Below are positions 1 to 15,600 of a stretch of 64,000 nucleotides of DNA, piece by piece. This DNA is from Lama guanicoe (lineage: Eukaryota), in contig MU053629.1 of the NCBI GenBank assembly GCA_013239625.1, forward strand, positions 2,569,567-2,633,566, in the 5' to 3' direction. A program made the position numbers and the translations under genes. The notes under the pieces are model-generated. The model worked only from the letters and a program-made list of their open reading frames with translations. It was not told the origin of the DNA and searched no databases. The first letter of the stretch is position 1, and every line of letters starts with the position of its first letter.

Positions 1-1189
1 AATATGAATAAATAAGTAAATAGCGACTAGATACCATGCCACAAGCTTCCTGTGCAGTATCTTGCTCAACCATCCCAACTGGGAAGTTTTAGTAGCCATA
101 GTTTATGGATAAGAACTGAGGCACAGAGAGGTTATGTGACTTTCAAAATGTCACACAGCTAGTTAGTAATAAGGCTGTAGTTTCAGCCCAGATCTGACTT
201 CAGAGTCCATGCCTTAAACCACCACACTATTCTACCTCCTAAAACATAATTTAAGCTAACAGTGTGCCCATTGCTATCTCATTTTTAATCAAGTGATAGT
301 TTTCTAGGGATGGGAAACTTTGGGAGATGGATGGGAGGAGTGATACGGGGGAAGGCCCTGCCATGTGGGTGAGGGCCCGCTAACTGGTCGCCTCTAATCA
401 AGGGGATTTAATAAAGTGGCAGACCAAGGCCAGATTTCCTTAATCAAAATGTAAATAACTTTGGATTTAACACTACCTCTTAGAAATTGAATTTGAATTT
501 TACTGTCTCTTCCAAGTGCAGTTTTATTTTTGACTAACTTAATGTCATCTTGCTGATTTCTCAAATAGTTTAATGTTGCCTGCAAGTTATTTAAAGCAAG
601 TTTTAAGGCCAAAGAATATTTTTAATGTAATTTCAAGTTGGCAGGCACTGGGGCTAGTGGAAAGTACACAGGGGCCGGAGGGGCCTCAGGAGACCTGGGT
701 TCTAGTCCCGAATTTGCTGTTTAGGCCTGTGTCGACCTGCAGAAGTCCTCACTACATATTCGAAGAAGGTGACTGGGTTGAAGCCATCAGAAACATGGAA
801 GATTTTGTTTGTTTGTTTGTTTTGCAGGCCTCAGCTCCAGGTCCAGCCCTGTTTGCTGGGTGGAGGGGGCTGACAGTTTTGATTCTGTGCTAATTGCTGC
901 AGGTGTTTGCACGGGGCCAGCTGGGAAGGGCAGGGACACCAGCATCTTGTCTTCTGACCTCTGCTTGCCTGATTCACGGGCTCCAGCAACTCATCGCCTC
1001 AGTCCCTGGGAACCTCCAGAAGAGAGGCCTGGGGTGCCTGGAGACAACTGTGGTCCCAAACTGCCCACTCCCCAAATGAGGAAAGATTGACACAGGACCA
1101 CAGATTGTCAGAGCAGAAGAGGCCCAGATCACTGGCCCTCAGGGTCAGACATACTGGTTATGGGCCCATGACATTGAGTAAGAATCCCC

Positions 1190-2480
1190 AGAGTTATTGG
1201 CATTAAAAACAGACACATAAATCCATGGAACAGAATAGAGAACCCAGAAATAAACCCATATATATATACACACAATTAATTTACAGTCAAGGAGCCAAGA
1301 GTATACAATGGGGGAAATAAACGGTGTTGGGAAAACTGGACTGCCACATGCAAAAGAGTGAAACTCAACCCCTATCTTCCACCACACCCAAAAAATAATT
1401 CAAAGGGGATTAAAGACTTGAATGTCAGCTGTGAAACCATGAAACTCCTAGAAGAAAACACAGGAAGTTTTGCTCCTTGACATCAATCTTGTTGATGGTT
1501 TTTTGAATCTGACAGCCAAAGCGAAAGCAACAATAGCAAAAACAAGCAGGACTACATCAAACTGAAAAAGCTTCTGCACAGCAAAGGAAACCATCCAAAA
1601 AGTGAATAGGCAACCTATACAATGAGAGAAGATATTTGTAAATCATACATCTGATAAGGAGCTAATATCCAAAATACATAAAGAACTCACACAATTCAAC
1701 GGAAAAAAAAATCCAATTAAACAATGGGCGATAGATAGATCTGAATAGACATTTTCCCCCTCCCCCAAAAAACCAAAAAACAAAAAACAAGACATGCAGA
1801 TGGCCAATAGGTACATGAAAAGATGCTCAGCATCACTAATCATCAGGGAAATGCAAATCAAAACTACAACGAAATACCACCTCACATCTGTCAGAATGGC
1901 CATCATCTAAAGGACCACAAATAACATGTTGGTGAGGATGTGGAGAAAAAGGAACACTTGTGCTCTGTTGGTGAGAATGTAAATTGGTGCAGCCACTATG
2001 GAAAACAGTGTGGAGGTTTCTCAAAAAATTAAAAATAAAACTACCACACGACCCAGCAATTTCACCTCTGGATTTTACCCAAAGGGGAAAAAGAAAAAAC
2101 AAAACAATGATTTTAAAAGATATCTGCATCCCCACGGTCATTGCAGTATTATTTACAATAGCCAAGATATGGAAACAGCCTGGGTGACCACCTAAGGATG
2201 CGTGGATAAAGAAACTGTGGCGTATACATCCACTGTAATGTTATTCAGCAATTTAAAAAAGAGAATGAAATCTTGCCATTTGTGACCACATGCATGAGCC
2301 TTGAGGGCATTATAAGAAGTGAAAGAAATCAGAGAGAAAAAGACGAATACTATATCATCTCTTTCATATGTGGAATACTAAAAACAAAAAACCAAAAAAA
2401 CCAAGCTCATAGATACAGAGAACAGATTGGTAGTTGCCAGAGGCAGGGGGTGAGGGGTGGGCGGGGAAATGGGTGAAGGA
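1190..2480 (+). mobile_element. L1 fragment (3' ORF2 and 3'UTR)
   Basis: Typical L1 motifs (aacagaatagagaacccagaaataaacc; ggtgcagccactatggaaaacagt) and a [13 protein letters not shown] peptide. Confidence 0.9.
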
Positions 2481-2921
2481 GGTCAACAGTAACAACAAAA
2501 AAAAAGCAATTAAGAAAAGGAAAAAGAAAAAGAATCTCCAGAGAGCTTCTTACAGAAACAAATCAGATTCGTGCAGGCTACCCAGCTGGACTTTCTGAAC
2601 CAGATTATCCAGGAGTGGGGCCTGGAACTCTTTTTAACAAACTCCCCAGGGCAGTCAGATCTGATCACTCCACTTGTCCTGGGGAAATTTAGGCCCACAG
2701 AGGCCTTGAGCCAGTCATCAGCAGAACCAAAATCAGAAATGATGTCTTCCATCATTTATTTGTTTTGCTTTTCTTAAACTCAGTTACTAATAGTTCAAAG
2801 AGTCAAATATCAGTCATTTTACAAAGCTTGTATTAAAAACCACAGTTCCTGTCTCTGTACCCCCGTCTGCCCTTCCCCATAAGGAACCACATTCATCTCT
2901 TTGAGCTGATTCTTTTGGTAC

Positions 2922-3383
2922 TGAAGGAAACCAGAATGTCACTCCAAAACATGCCTCTTTGATATAACAGTTATTTTGAACTGAAGGCAATTAAGAAGCA
3001 GCAAGTGCGGGACAAGCTCTCTCTATCCTTCCCCTCTTTGCTGCCTCAAGGCAGGATATAAATTCTCCTTTTCAGGAGACGGATTCTTGTCAGCCCAAAA
3101 TTATACCAGGGGAAGATGCAAACAAAACTTGCTCCATTAATTTCCTCCCACATATTTACCTTCGCAGTAAACTGTTTTCCTTTGACCTGTCATTTCTCTA
3201 CGAATGGACGGTCTTTTGTTGAAGCTGCTATATAAGCCAGAGTTCTTATTTTCATTGAAGTTTCTCGGGCATGATGTGTGCCGCATGCATTAATAAACTT
3301 TTGGTTTTTTCTTGTTAATCTGTCTTTTCGTTAAAAAGCCCCAGTTGAAATCCTAAGGTGGGTAAACTTTTGCCTCCCCTACA
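2922..3383 (+). mobile_element. Solo LTR, ERV1 class (MER34/MER39-like)
   Basis: Starts TGAAGGAAACCAGAATGTCACTCCAAAACATGCC, contains TATATAA and AATAAA, ends CCCCTACA. Confidence 0.75.
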
Positions 3384-3534
3384 GTGTTTGCTCCCACCCT
3401 TGGCGTTGTTTGCATTTTGACAGCGAGCTTGCATTGCTTTGTTATCCTTACGTGGTCTTCATAATACAGTCAGGATGGATTGCCAGGTCTAGCACGGGAC
3501 CAGGAAGCACGGGCACTGCAGGCTGCCCCCAGGG

Positions 3535-3747
<213 letters not shown>

Positions 3748-4401
3748 TCACTGTACAGACTCCCAGAAAGCCTTGCCCCGCCCCCTAGGCCAGGTGAGCC
3801 TGACCCTGGGCAGCACTTGTGGTTTTTTTGTGACATGAGGTGACAAGGACTCAGACCTCCCTTCCTGTGCCAAGGAAGGAGGCCCCAGCCTGGCGACTGG
3901 CTTTACTATCCGAGTCCGGCTCACTACTGGCTCACTGCTGACTCCCTGTGCTCAGGCGCTGCACTAGGGCAGGAAGAGGAGGGCTGCATACTGGTACCCA
4001 GAGGATGCACAGCCCGGGGTCTCTGTCCAGGTCGGTCTGCCAAGGTCTCGCACAGCATGGCCTCTGCCTGCCTTCCTCCTCCTCCGGCCTCAGTGCTTGA
4101 AACTTCCCTGCCTCTCCCCAGTCCTCCTCAGCATCCCTGCCGCCCCTCCATCCCTCCCTTAGCTCTGTGAAGAGCTGCTCTGCCTGGGCCAACGGCCAAT
4201 TGTGGACACGTCGCATTCACTGGGCACTTAGAATGTCCTCCTGGGACCACAGTGGCAGGCACTCTGGGTTTCCAGGCAGGTGGCAAACTCCCGGAGCAGA
4301 GACTTCAAGCATCTTTGTGCCACCTATCTGGCTCCTAAGTGGGTGTCTGACCAAGAGTGGGCAATCAGTATTTGTGGTGAGGATTCAGTTAAATAACACT
4401 A

Positions 4402-4965
<564 letters not shown>

Positions 4966-6227
4966 TCAAGGTGGGCTAAGGGAACGGGCCAAGCCTCAAA
5001 CATAAGTGACCACCCACCACCCAGCCTGCTCACCTTCCCTGGTGAGCACCTATGGGTGAAGGTGCCTCCTGTCCCGCCCACACCTGTGCACCCCACCCAC
5101 CCCCAGACACGTAACATCTCTGTGATCCAGGACTCTGCAGGCCCCACTCTGCAACAGTCCTACACCAGTGCTGGAAAGGGGAGAGAACAGAAAACACCCA
5201 CAGGGCTGAAAACCTGTTCCGGCTACTCCCTGCTTAGTCATCGGGGCTGCGTTTGCTGTCAGGATAAAGTGCTGCCTACCTGCTCGCCCCAGTCAGCAGC
5301 TCAGTTGCTCCCTCAGCACCCCCAGGCCCCTGCATATCTGGCTCCCTCCTCAGCCAAGGCCAGCCTCACCCCTCTTCCCAGGGGAGCCTCTCTGCCCTGC
5401 CTCCCTGGGGCTCCCCCAGCACTCGTGCATCCCTTCACACACAACTTTGTAATTGCTCTACTGTCTTTCTCATCTCCCTCATTCACTCACTTTTTGTTCC
5501 ACGAGGGGAGGGTTGTGTCCATCTTGTTCACCTTTGTGTCCCCACCACCCAGCATGGCAGGCAGAGGGAGCTCAATAAATGCGCGCTATGTTTATAAAAT
5601 GAATTAAGAACTACCTTCCAAGAGCTCACGGCTCAGTGGGGGAGATAAACCAGATACAGGAAAACATGAATGACAGGCCAATCAAAGCAGGATTTATCAG
5701 GAGTCAGTGCCAAAGGAAGGCTCCAGAAGATTAGAATTTGGGGGATGAGTGGAGGAGAAACAGGTCAGGTTTCTGCAAAACTTCAGAACTGGGCAGAAGA
5801 CACAGATCACATAGGTTGATGGTTTTCAAACTGTTTTAGCCTCTGAACTGTCCAAGCACAGGAGGACTTCTGTAGTAACAGGGTCAGGTCAGAGGTGCTC
5901 TGGAGAATTGGGGGCAGGACATGGAGGGAGCCCGGAGTCCACTGCGCCCACCTCAGGGACCTTGCTCTGAGCACACTTTGAAGACCACCCGGCCAAGCCT
6001 TCCTTGCACAGTTGAGGGAACTGAGGTCCAGGCAGGGTGTGTGGCTTGCCCAGGGCCCCAGGACTAGGGCCCAGATCACCTGACCTCTTGGCCAGTGCTT
6101 TGTCCATCAGGGGTCAGCTGCTAGAGGAGGGGCTGTGAGCTGGCTTGAAAGCAGACAGGGTTTCTGAAAGTGAAAACCCGGACAGGGGAGGGCAGAGGAT
6201 GCTCCCTTCACCTCTTGGTTCATCTAC

Positions 6228-6605
6228 AGCAAAGGTTCTCAGTCTCGGTGCTGACTGCAGCTACCTGGGAGCTTTAAAACTGCTGGCATCCAGTATAAAC
6301 TGCTGGTGCTCACTTCCAGACCCTGATATGACTGGGCTGCGGGAAGCCTGGGCACTGCAATTTTTACAGCTCTCCAGGTGATTCTCATGTGCAGCCAAAG
6401 CAGAGAATCTCTGCCTCAGTCAGTACCAGGAGACCCACGCCAGGTTGCATATCAGAACCATCCGCAGGCCTTTTAAAGTGATAGGCCCCTGGTCCCACTC
6501 CAGACCCAATGACTGGGACCCTGCAGAGTCGGTCCTGGGGACAAGCATTTGTAAAGATTCTGCTGCTTGGTCAGTTACCAGGTCTACCTCAAGCCCCAGG
6601 GTGGG
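6228..6605. mobile_element. MER5-like hAT-Charlie fragments (two adjacent)
   Basis: ctctccaggtgattctcatgtgcagccaaag and related motifs. Confidence 0.55.
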
Positions 6606-8489
6606 TGAGGATGTCACCTTCAGACCCCAGGATGGGGCCCCCAGCAGTCATTGCTTGTAAACACATACTTCCCCTCCATTCTGTGACTGGTGAAAGTTGG
6701 GTGAGAGAGGGGCCCTGATGTGCCTAGAGTCCCATGGCAAGTCTGGGCCTGGCCTATGGACCTTCACACATGCTACCCATGCCTGTCCTGCAGGCAGTCA
6801 GTGGACACACTGACAAGTCGATCCTTGTGGAAGGAAGGAAGGCATGATGGACAAAGCTTATCTTGTGTACCTTTTCCTCCCTCCCCATTTTTTCCAGGTG
6901 CCCTGTCTTCATCACCTGATGTCCTCCCTCCTGGACCATCTGTCATTCATCTCTGACCAAAAAGGATTTACTGGGGTGTTTGTAAGGAGAGAAAGGATCT
7001 GAACCCAAAGGAGTTGCTCAGTTACTGGTGGAACTGCACGGAACAGAGAGGAATACTAACTTGGTGGGGGAGGATAGATGAAGTCATCCAGTGGCTCTTC
7101 ACACTCACCCCTTAGGGCCTGGCCCTTGACTGCTCACTGCAGAGAAAGCCCACAGATCAGTCTATGCCTAGAAACACCATGTCCCTGATGCAGTGAGATT
7201 CTTCCAGCCCACCCACAGGGAGGCCAGTGCCCTGTGCTGGCTCCAACCAATCTTCAGACCCCCAAAGAGATGGCCTGAGACCTCAGCCTTGTCACAGGGT
7301 CTAGAGGGGCTGAGGAGGCATGTCAGAGCCCCCAACATGGGCCTGACCCCTCACAGCCCTCCTGGTCAGCTTCTTGGCCAAGGTCCTGGCTTTTCAGCAG
7401 CAGCTAAAGGCAGAGGCAACTTCAGATCTTTTTTTTTTTAGATCTATTCTTAAATATCAGATCAGCCTAGGGTGCTGCCCTGGAAGGTTCTCAAACAGAA
7501 AATGAAAGAAAAGTACTGCGCAACAAAGATTCAGAAAGAAACCAGCCTGGCCTCAACCCTGGTGCCACCATTGACTGGTTATATGAACCTCTCTGGCCTC
7601 AGTTTCCGCATCTGCAATGTGGGGACAGTAAAAGCAACCTTGCAGAATTGAGAAGACCTAATTGAATACTCTCAGATTGAGGGACTGAACCAAAGGTGCT
7701 CAATAAATGGTAGCAACACCCTCACCAACTACCCCCCCCACCATGTTAGCCACATGGGGGTCACCATGTTGAAAGTTTTCCTCTAGGACAAGGCATGGAC
7801 TGAGGAACCCTAAGTAGAGCAGGAAGCAGGAGTGGGTGGGAAAGGGTGCATTTCCCACCTCCTCACCCTGCAGCACATCCTGCTTTGGTTCCTGAGTCAC
7901 TGGCCTTCTGTCACTCCCTCACCCAGGAGCAGGCAGCTCCAGACCTCGGGGACTCAGCATATGGCAGTCATCAGTGACTATGGAGAGGGCATCCAAGCCC
8001 TTTGATGGTGGTGGGGCAGAGACAGGAGAAAGGAATAAGCACCAACTGCCTTGGGTCTTTCAATACCCGTGGCCCAGCTTTCCAACCACAAAGAGCCCAG
8101 TGTGTAGAAAACATTGCAAAGGGCGATGTTACATTCAGGTGGGGGAATGGCATTCAATGTCACCCCCTGCCCCTGCTCACAGTCCTTCCATGCCTCCCTT
8201 TTGCTACTGGGTCACTGGTAAAATTCTCAGCCCAGCCTTCAAGGCACCCTTAATCTGCCCTCAATCCCCCTTCCTGTCTTATCTCCTACCAGCCTGCATC
8301 ATGCCTTCGGTAAGACTGTTGGATCAGAGCCTCCCAAGCCCTTCCTGCCTCTCCTCCTTTGCTCATGTTGTTCCCCTTGCCTGGAACATCATCCCTTCTC
8401 CTTCCTTCGAATTCAGATCTTATCTACCCTTGAAGTCCAGCTCAAGGCTCGGCACCTCCGTGAAGCCTTTCTTGATCACTGGAATCTTT

Positions 8490-8935
8490 CTGTGTCTATA
8501 TATTCTTTGCAGCCTCTCCCATCAAATGGTAGGGTCTATTTTTCCACCCTTTTCATCTGGGCTGGTCTATGACATGCTTTTGGCCAACAGAATGAGGTGG
8601 CAGTGACTATAATTCCAACACAGGCCTCAAGAGACCATGCAGCTTTCACTCTCGTACTCTTGGCACCAAGTGGGCTAGCTTGCTGGAGATATGTGGTCCA
8701 GTTGACCAGCATCACCCATCACCGGGCTGTGACTAAGGCCATCCTAGACCACTCAGCTCTAGTTGAGTCACCAAACTGTAGCCACATGAGAGAACTCAAG
8801 TGAAACCAGCAAAAGAACTACCTGGCTAGCTCCACCCCAAACTGCCAGCCCAGAGAATCATGGGCAAACAAATGGTTATAGTATCAAGCCACTGAGTTTT
8901 GGGGTGACTGTCACCCAGCAGTAGATAACTGAAGC
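8490..8935 (+). mobile_element. MaLR LTR (MLT1-like)
   Basis: ttggccaacagaatgaggtggcagtgac ... aagccactgagttttggggtg...agcagtagataactga. Confidence 0.7.
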
Positions 8936-9169
8936 ACCCCTGCAGCACGCACATCCCTTCTGCTCCCAGACATCTTCTCACCAGCACCTCTCTTTAGGCA
9001 ACTCAGGGGCTCTTACTCTCCTGTGGGTGTTCTTACATTCTTGGCTTGTACTAGGGGTCAAGATCTGCTCCCAAACCTCAGGGCAGCTTGGGGTGCTACC
9101 CTTTGAATGCCATCATGGGTGTCCACCCTTCTTTCTATAAGAATGAAGTCTTTAAAAATAGAATCTGGG

Positions 9170-9570
9170 TATGGTAGACTCTGTGATACACCTTCCAGAT
9201 TTGCCTTCTTTGAAGGTCTTGTTGCAGATGCTGGGAGAGCTGGTAGACCCCTTCAGCTCACTGCCCCTTCCAGGACTGCCAAGAATCACTTCTCTCAAGT
9301 CACCCCCTTCCCACGTCCAGTGATTGACAGAGGCAGAGATATAAAGGCCCAACTATCTCAACCCCTCTTAGGACAACGCGGAAGGGCCATATATGCTCCA
9401 GAACTGTGGGGTTGGCTGTCATTGGGTCTACAGAGCTCCGTTTCTCCCTCTACCCATTCCTGCTTCTGTCCTCTCCCTTCCCCAGGAGTTGATCCCAAGG
9501 GTCTCCTTAATAAATATCCTGTATGCCAAGCTCAATCGGAGTCTGCTTCCTGGGGAACCCAACCTACAAT
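9170..9570 (+). mobile_element. ERVL LTR (LTR16-like)
   Basis: 3' end taataaatatcctg...gagtctgcttcctggggaacccaacctaca. Confidence 0.65.
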
Positions 9571-9732
9571 ACCGGTTTTTACTTACCTTGGACTTTCACA
9601 TAGGTCCTAGCTGCATCTAAACACCCAGGAAGTGCCCAATAAGTACTTCTGACTAGGTGGACGGATGGGTAGATGGAGAGAGAGAGAGATGGATATGCGT
9701 ATGGATAAACTATTCATTGAGGGAAATAGTTA

Positions 9733-9910
9733 GAGCTGTGCCATCCAATACGGTAGCCAGTAGCCACATGTGGCCATTTAAATTTAAAGTAACTACAATT
9801 AATTAAAGTTCTCAGCCACACTAGCCACATTTCAAGTAGCCACATATGTCTAGTGGACATATTGGACAACACAGGTGTAAAACTCTCTCATTGTGGAAAG
9901 TGCTACTGAG
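9733..9910. mobile_element. MER3-like hAT MITE
   Basis: tccaatacggtagccagtagccacatgtggcc ... ctagccacatttcaagt ... atattggaca. Confidence 0.65.
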
Positions 9911-10117
9911 GAGCTCTGGAGAGATTCCTGGCTGCCCAAGGCTCCAGTCCTTGTATTTGGGGCAGAGACTGGGGTAGGTGTAGAATATTGAGACTCTCCA
10001 AATAAGCATGGATCCCCATGATCCTGACAAATTTCTATGGAGAAGGTAGATTTATGGTCTAGAAACTTGCTCACAACCCCCCCCCATAATTAATTCCAGG
10101 CTGAAATTCTGCCCCTA

Positions 10118-10447
<330 letters not shown>

Positions 10448-12157
10448 TCAGTTATCACTGGAGGTGACACCTGGCTGGGCAGGACATTTTTAAAGGTGAC
10501 TTTCTATACCATCTTGTCTACAGAGAGTAAGGGCTCACATTGCAGGGGGCTTGGAGTCCTGCAGACCTGGGTTCAAATCCCAGCTCTCTACTGTTTACTC
10601 ATATGTAAAACGGAGGCAGTTATACCAGATACCTCACAAGGTTGTTACAAGGCTTAAAGACAAGGTGAGAGAAGTGATTAGCAAAGAGCCTAGTGTACAG
10701 AAATCGCCAGTAGGTGACACTGCTTCAAACAACACTGCAAGAGAAATATCATAGGTCCATCCTATTTTACAGATATTGAAACCAAGGTTCAGAAAAGTTA
10801 ATGACCTGGTAAGCAACATACTTTTGGGACCTGAACCCTACTCAGAATCAAATCCAGGGATCTCCAACCCACACCTTAGCGATGGGGATGCAGGGGTGAT
10901 CTTCCCTGGCAGACCCTCCTTCTTAAGTTTGACTGGGTCATGGCTTGGAGCAGGGTAGGAACTGGGTACAGCTGTGGTGCTGGGAAACCCACACAGACCC
11001 TGGACTAAGGAGGGTGGCTTGAAGGCACTTCAATTGGTTTGGCTGGCATCACCCCAACCCCTTCCCCCATGAAGAAGCTTCCATCTGCTAACCCTGAACA
11101 CACCGTCCTGTCCCTTCCTCCCCAAGGAAAGCCTAGTTGCTGCCTGGCTCCTAAAGCAGAGTACGTGTGACATGTGAATGCCCCACCCATCCTCATCTCC
11201 TCAGGGGTATCCCTGCCATGACCGCACCCTAGGATCTGCCTTTTACCTCAAGAGTGAAAAACATGCAAATCTTAGGATCCGAGTCTACTCTTGTGACCTT
11301 GAAAAAAGATTCTTAACTGCTGTCTCAGTTTCCTCCTCTACAGAACACCTGCCCCATCTGTCCCATCCCTCCCACCCCACTACAGGGCAGTTGCTAGGGT
11401 TAAATTTAATGGGGACCATCTACATCTAGTCTGAGATGTGAGTGTAACCCGTCTGTTTCGTCTAAAAACCTGTGTGAGGGTTTGCTGCCCACTTTACAGG
11501 TAGGGAAGGGATGGCTCAGAGCAGTTCACTGATTTGCTTCAACTCATATGTTCAGTGAGTGGGAAAAGCTAGACCATGAGTCTGTCTTTTGGATTTAATT
11601 TCACCTTGGCCTTATTCTATTGCATCTCCTGGCCTGACTGTGGGACTGCTGGGGAGCAGAAAGCTGTGCCCAACTGCTGCTTCCTGCTGCTAATCCTGAC
11701 CTACCCCACCTGCGCCAGATCCAGGTTTTGTGGAGTTTGATAATTACACCATTTGGATCTCTTAAAAAAAAAAAGACACAATTATGGATATAAAATTAGG
11801 TACAAGGCCTTGGAAGGAGTCACGTCAAAGGCATAAGGCTTAAGCTTCATTGGTTTCACCATATGTTCATTCCTGCTCGGAGTTCCTCCTGGTGCACATC
11901 CTCTGTCCTGAAGCCTTGCCAGCCTGCAGCAACTCTCACCCCTCCCTCTCAGTACCTGATTCTTCCCACCATACAGTGCTGCCTTGTCTCACACTCCCTT
12001 GCTCAACTCTCCCTGTCCTGTGCTTTTGACCTTATCTCTTCCAATCCAGTCTCTTGCAGGAAGTACACTGAATATTCCTTGAACCTCCAGCTCCCTCATC
12101 CTACAGAAAGTCTTGCCCGGTGGGAAGCCTTAGATTTGAGCCACAGTCACTGATTCA

Positions 12158-13153
<996 letters not shown>

Positions 13154-14389
13154 CTAGGGTCTGGGGGCGCACCCCTACCCCCTGGCCTCCGGGAGACCTG
13201 TTCAACCAGAGACTCACCAGTCCTGGATTGTTTCTGATTCTAAGCCCCAGGCATCTATCGCTGCCCGCCCTCACCCTCGAGTTTAGCCAGCACGGGGGTC
13301 GATGGCTATCAATAACAATTTAATGGCAAGCTGCATGAAGGACAAAGTGAGGAATAGGTTAATAGAATGAAATGTAGTGAAATCCAGTATCAAAGTCCCT
13401 TTGCCATTCACTATGTAATTGAAAAACAGCGGCTTTCAAAATTTTCTCCAACAAAATTTGTTCTTAGCGAAGAACCTTTCACTTGAGCGCAGCACTATTT
13501 GCCACTCAGAAATGAGCCTTGGAGGCCCGCCCTGGCACGCAAACCTCTCTGCGGAGTAGGACTTACCCCCATCCCTTCGCTGCCATCCGAGGTTACTTTG
13601 GGGCCCAGGAAATATAAAAAAGTGCTAACTTTTGTTGAGTTCTACTTGGTAGGTTCTAGTGTTATTCTTATTTTCAGATTATGAAAATGAGACTCAGAAA
13701 ATTTAATTTGCTTGAGGTCAGGTTAGTGGTGAGTGGTTAAGCTGGGATTCCTCGGTCGGTCTGACTGTGGTGCTTTCTCTACTGTGTATCAGACCACCTA
13801 AAAAAGAAATCTGGAGCCAACATGAATAATCTAAGTTGAGAGTTTATAACTGAGGCAAAAATAAAACATACCGGTTACCTACTTTTAAAATTAAGATCTG
13901 GAAATATAAAGCTCCACTAAAAAACATATCTATTCTTAAAAGGCAATTTCAGTTCTCTGTGATGGGCAGTTGAGGCTGGAGGAAGTGGTGTGTGTGAGAA
14001 TGGGACACTCAGACACAGATCGCAGGCACTGCCCCCTCGTACCCCTGACATGACCCTTTGTTGGGGACAGGAACGTAAGTTAGTTCTTCTAAGTGTGGCT
14101 CCTTGACAGAGGTCAGGGACTGTGTCCTATTCCTCTCTGTATTCTCAGAGCCCAGGGCAGTTCTGGCCCCAAGGGAACATTCATAAGTATGTGCCAAATA
14201 AATGGTTAGAGAAAGCAATTGGAGCAAAATAAGTGAGTTGTGAAGGACAGAGGAGGGAAAAAGACAACTTCAGAACTTATGAGGCATTCAGGGAGAGAAA
14301 GAGACTGAGAGATAAAGAGACAATGGGATTTAGGGGATAAAAGGACACAAAGACCTGGCAAAAATTCCAACACTTGTGATTTGTGGGAC

Positions 14390-15600
14390 TAAGCAAGATG
14401 AAAAACAAACAAGAAAGAATAGCCAGAAAAAGCCTGGAGACAAAAAGAGAAGTAGGGGGACTGGGCCTACCAGCTGTTAATATATATTATAAAACTTCAA
14501 TAATTAAAACTAAGACAGATTAAAGATACAGAATGGAAAGTCCAGAAATAGACCTCAATACCTCTGGCACTTCAGTAAATAATTAGGTGGCATCTCAAGC
14601 AATGGGAAAAAGAGGAACTAGTCAATAAATGGTGTTAGCTAGCTGGAAGAAACTAAAGTTAGATCCATTCTCACAGCATATACAAGGATGAATTCCAAAA
14701 GGATCGAAGATTCAAATGTATGAAATGAAAACATAAAAGTACTAGGAGAAAACAGAAGAGAAATCCTTTATAACCTCAAGTGGGAAAAACACTTCTCATT
14801 CTGAATCAGAATTGAGAAGCCATGAAAAGACACACATGCACGTGTGAAAATCTGCATGGCAAATATACCCCGTAAGCAAGGTCAAAGACAAATCACAAAC
14901 TGGAGGGGAAACAGCACAGATAATACAGACAAAGGGCTGTCTTTCCTAATATAGGAGTGCCTAGAAATAGGTAAGAAAAAGACCAACAGCCCAACAGGGA
15001 AATGGACAAAAGATATGGACAGTCCACAGAAGAGGAAATGCAGATGGTTTTTACACACATGAAAAGCTGCTCAACTTCATGATAAGACAGAGGCAAAATA
15101 AAACTATACAGAGATACCATGTGCCTATCCCTGGGCAAAGATCCAAAGTTTGATGACACTCTGTTGGGGAGTGGAGGAGGTACCTCAACCTGTAGAGTGC
15201 TGGTTGGATGTAAATCAGTATAACCCCAATGGAGGGCAATTTAGCAGTATGCTTCAGTTCAAAAGGACATTTGCCTATGGCCTTTCCTTGCAGCATTGTA
15301 ATGGCTAAAGACTAGGAAGAACCTAACTGTCCATCAAGATGGGATTCATTCAATAAAGTGTGATGTATCCATATAATGCAGAACTATGCAGTGAAAAACA
15401 GACTGAAGAAGCTTTCTATGTACTGATATGGAAGCTCTTAAAATACATTTAGTGAAAAAATCAAGGATAGTGTATATAAAATGCTAGCTGTGGGATAAAG
15501 GAGGAGGAAATAGCTATATTTGCTATTCTGCACATGTAAGAATCTCAGAAGAATACATAAAAATGAGCAACAGAGGTCACCAGTGAGAGAATGGAGGTGG
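14390..15600 (+). mobile_element. Old L1 (L1M) fragment
   Basis: A-rich degenerate ORF2 3' motifs (gaaagtccagaaatagacc; catgaaaagctgctcaacttcat). Confidence 0.7.

Noticed and set aside
7974..8606. 210-aa plus-strand ORF
   Set aside because: Runs through old L2-like and MaLR repeat sequence inside a UBAP1L intron, with no recognisable domain
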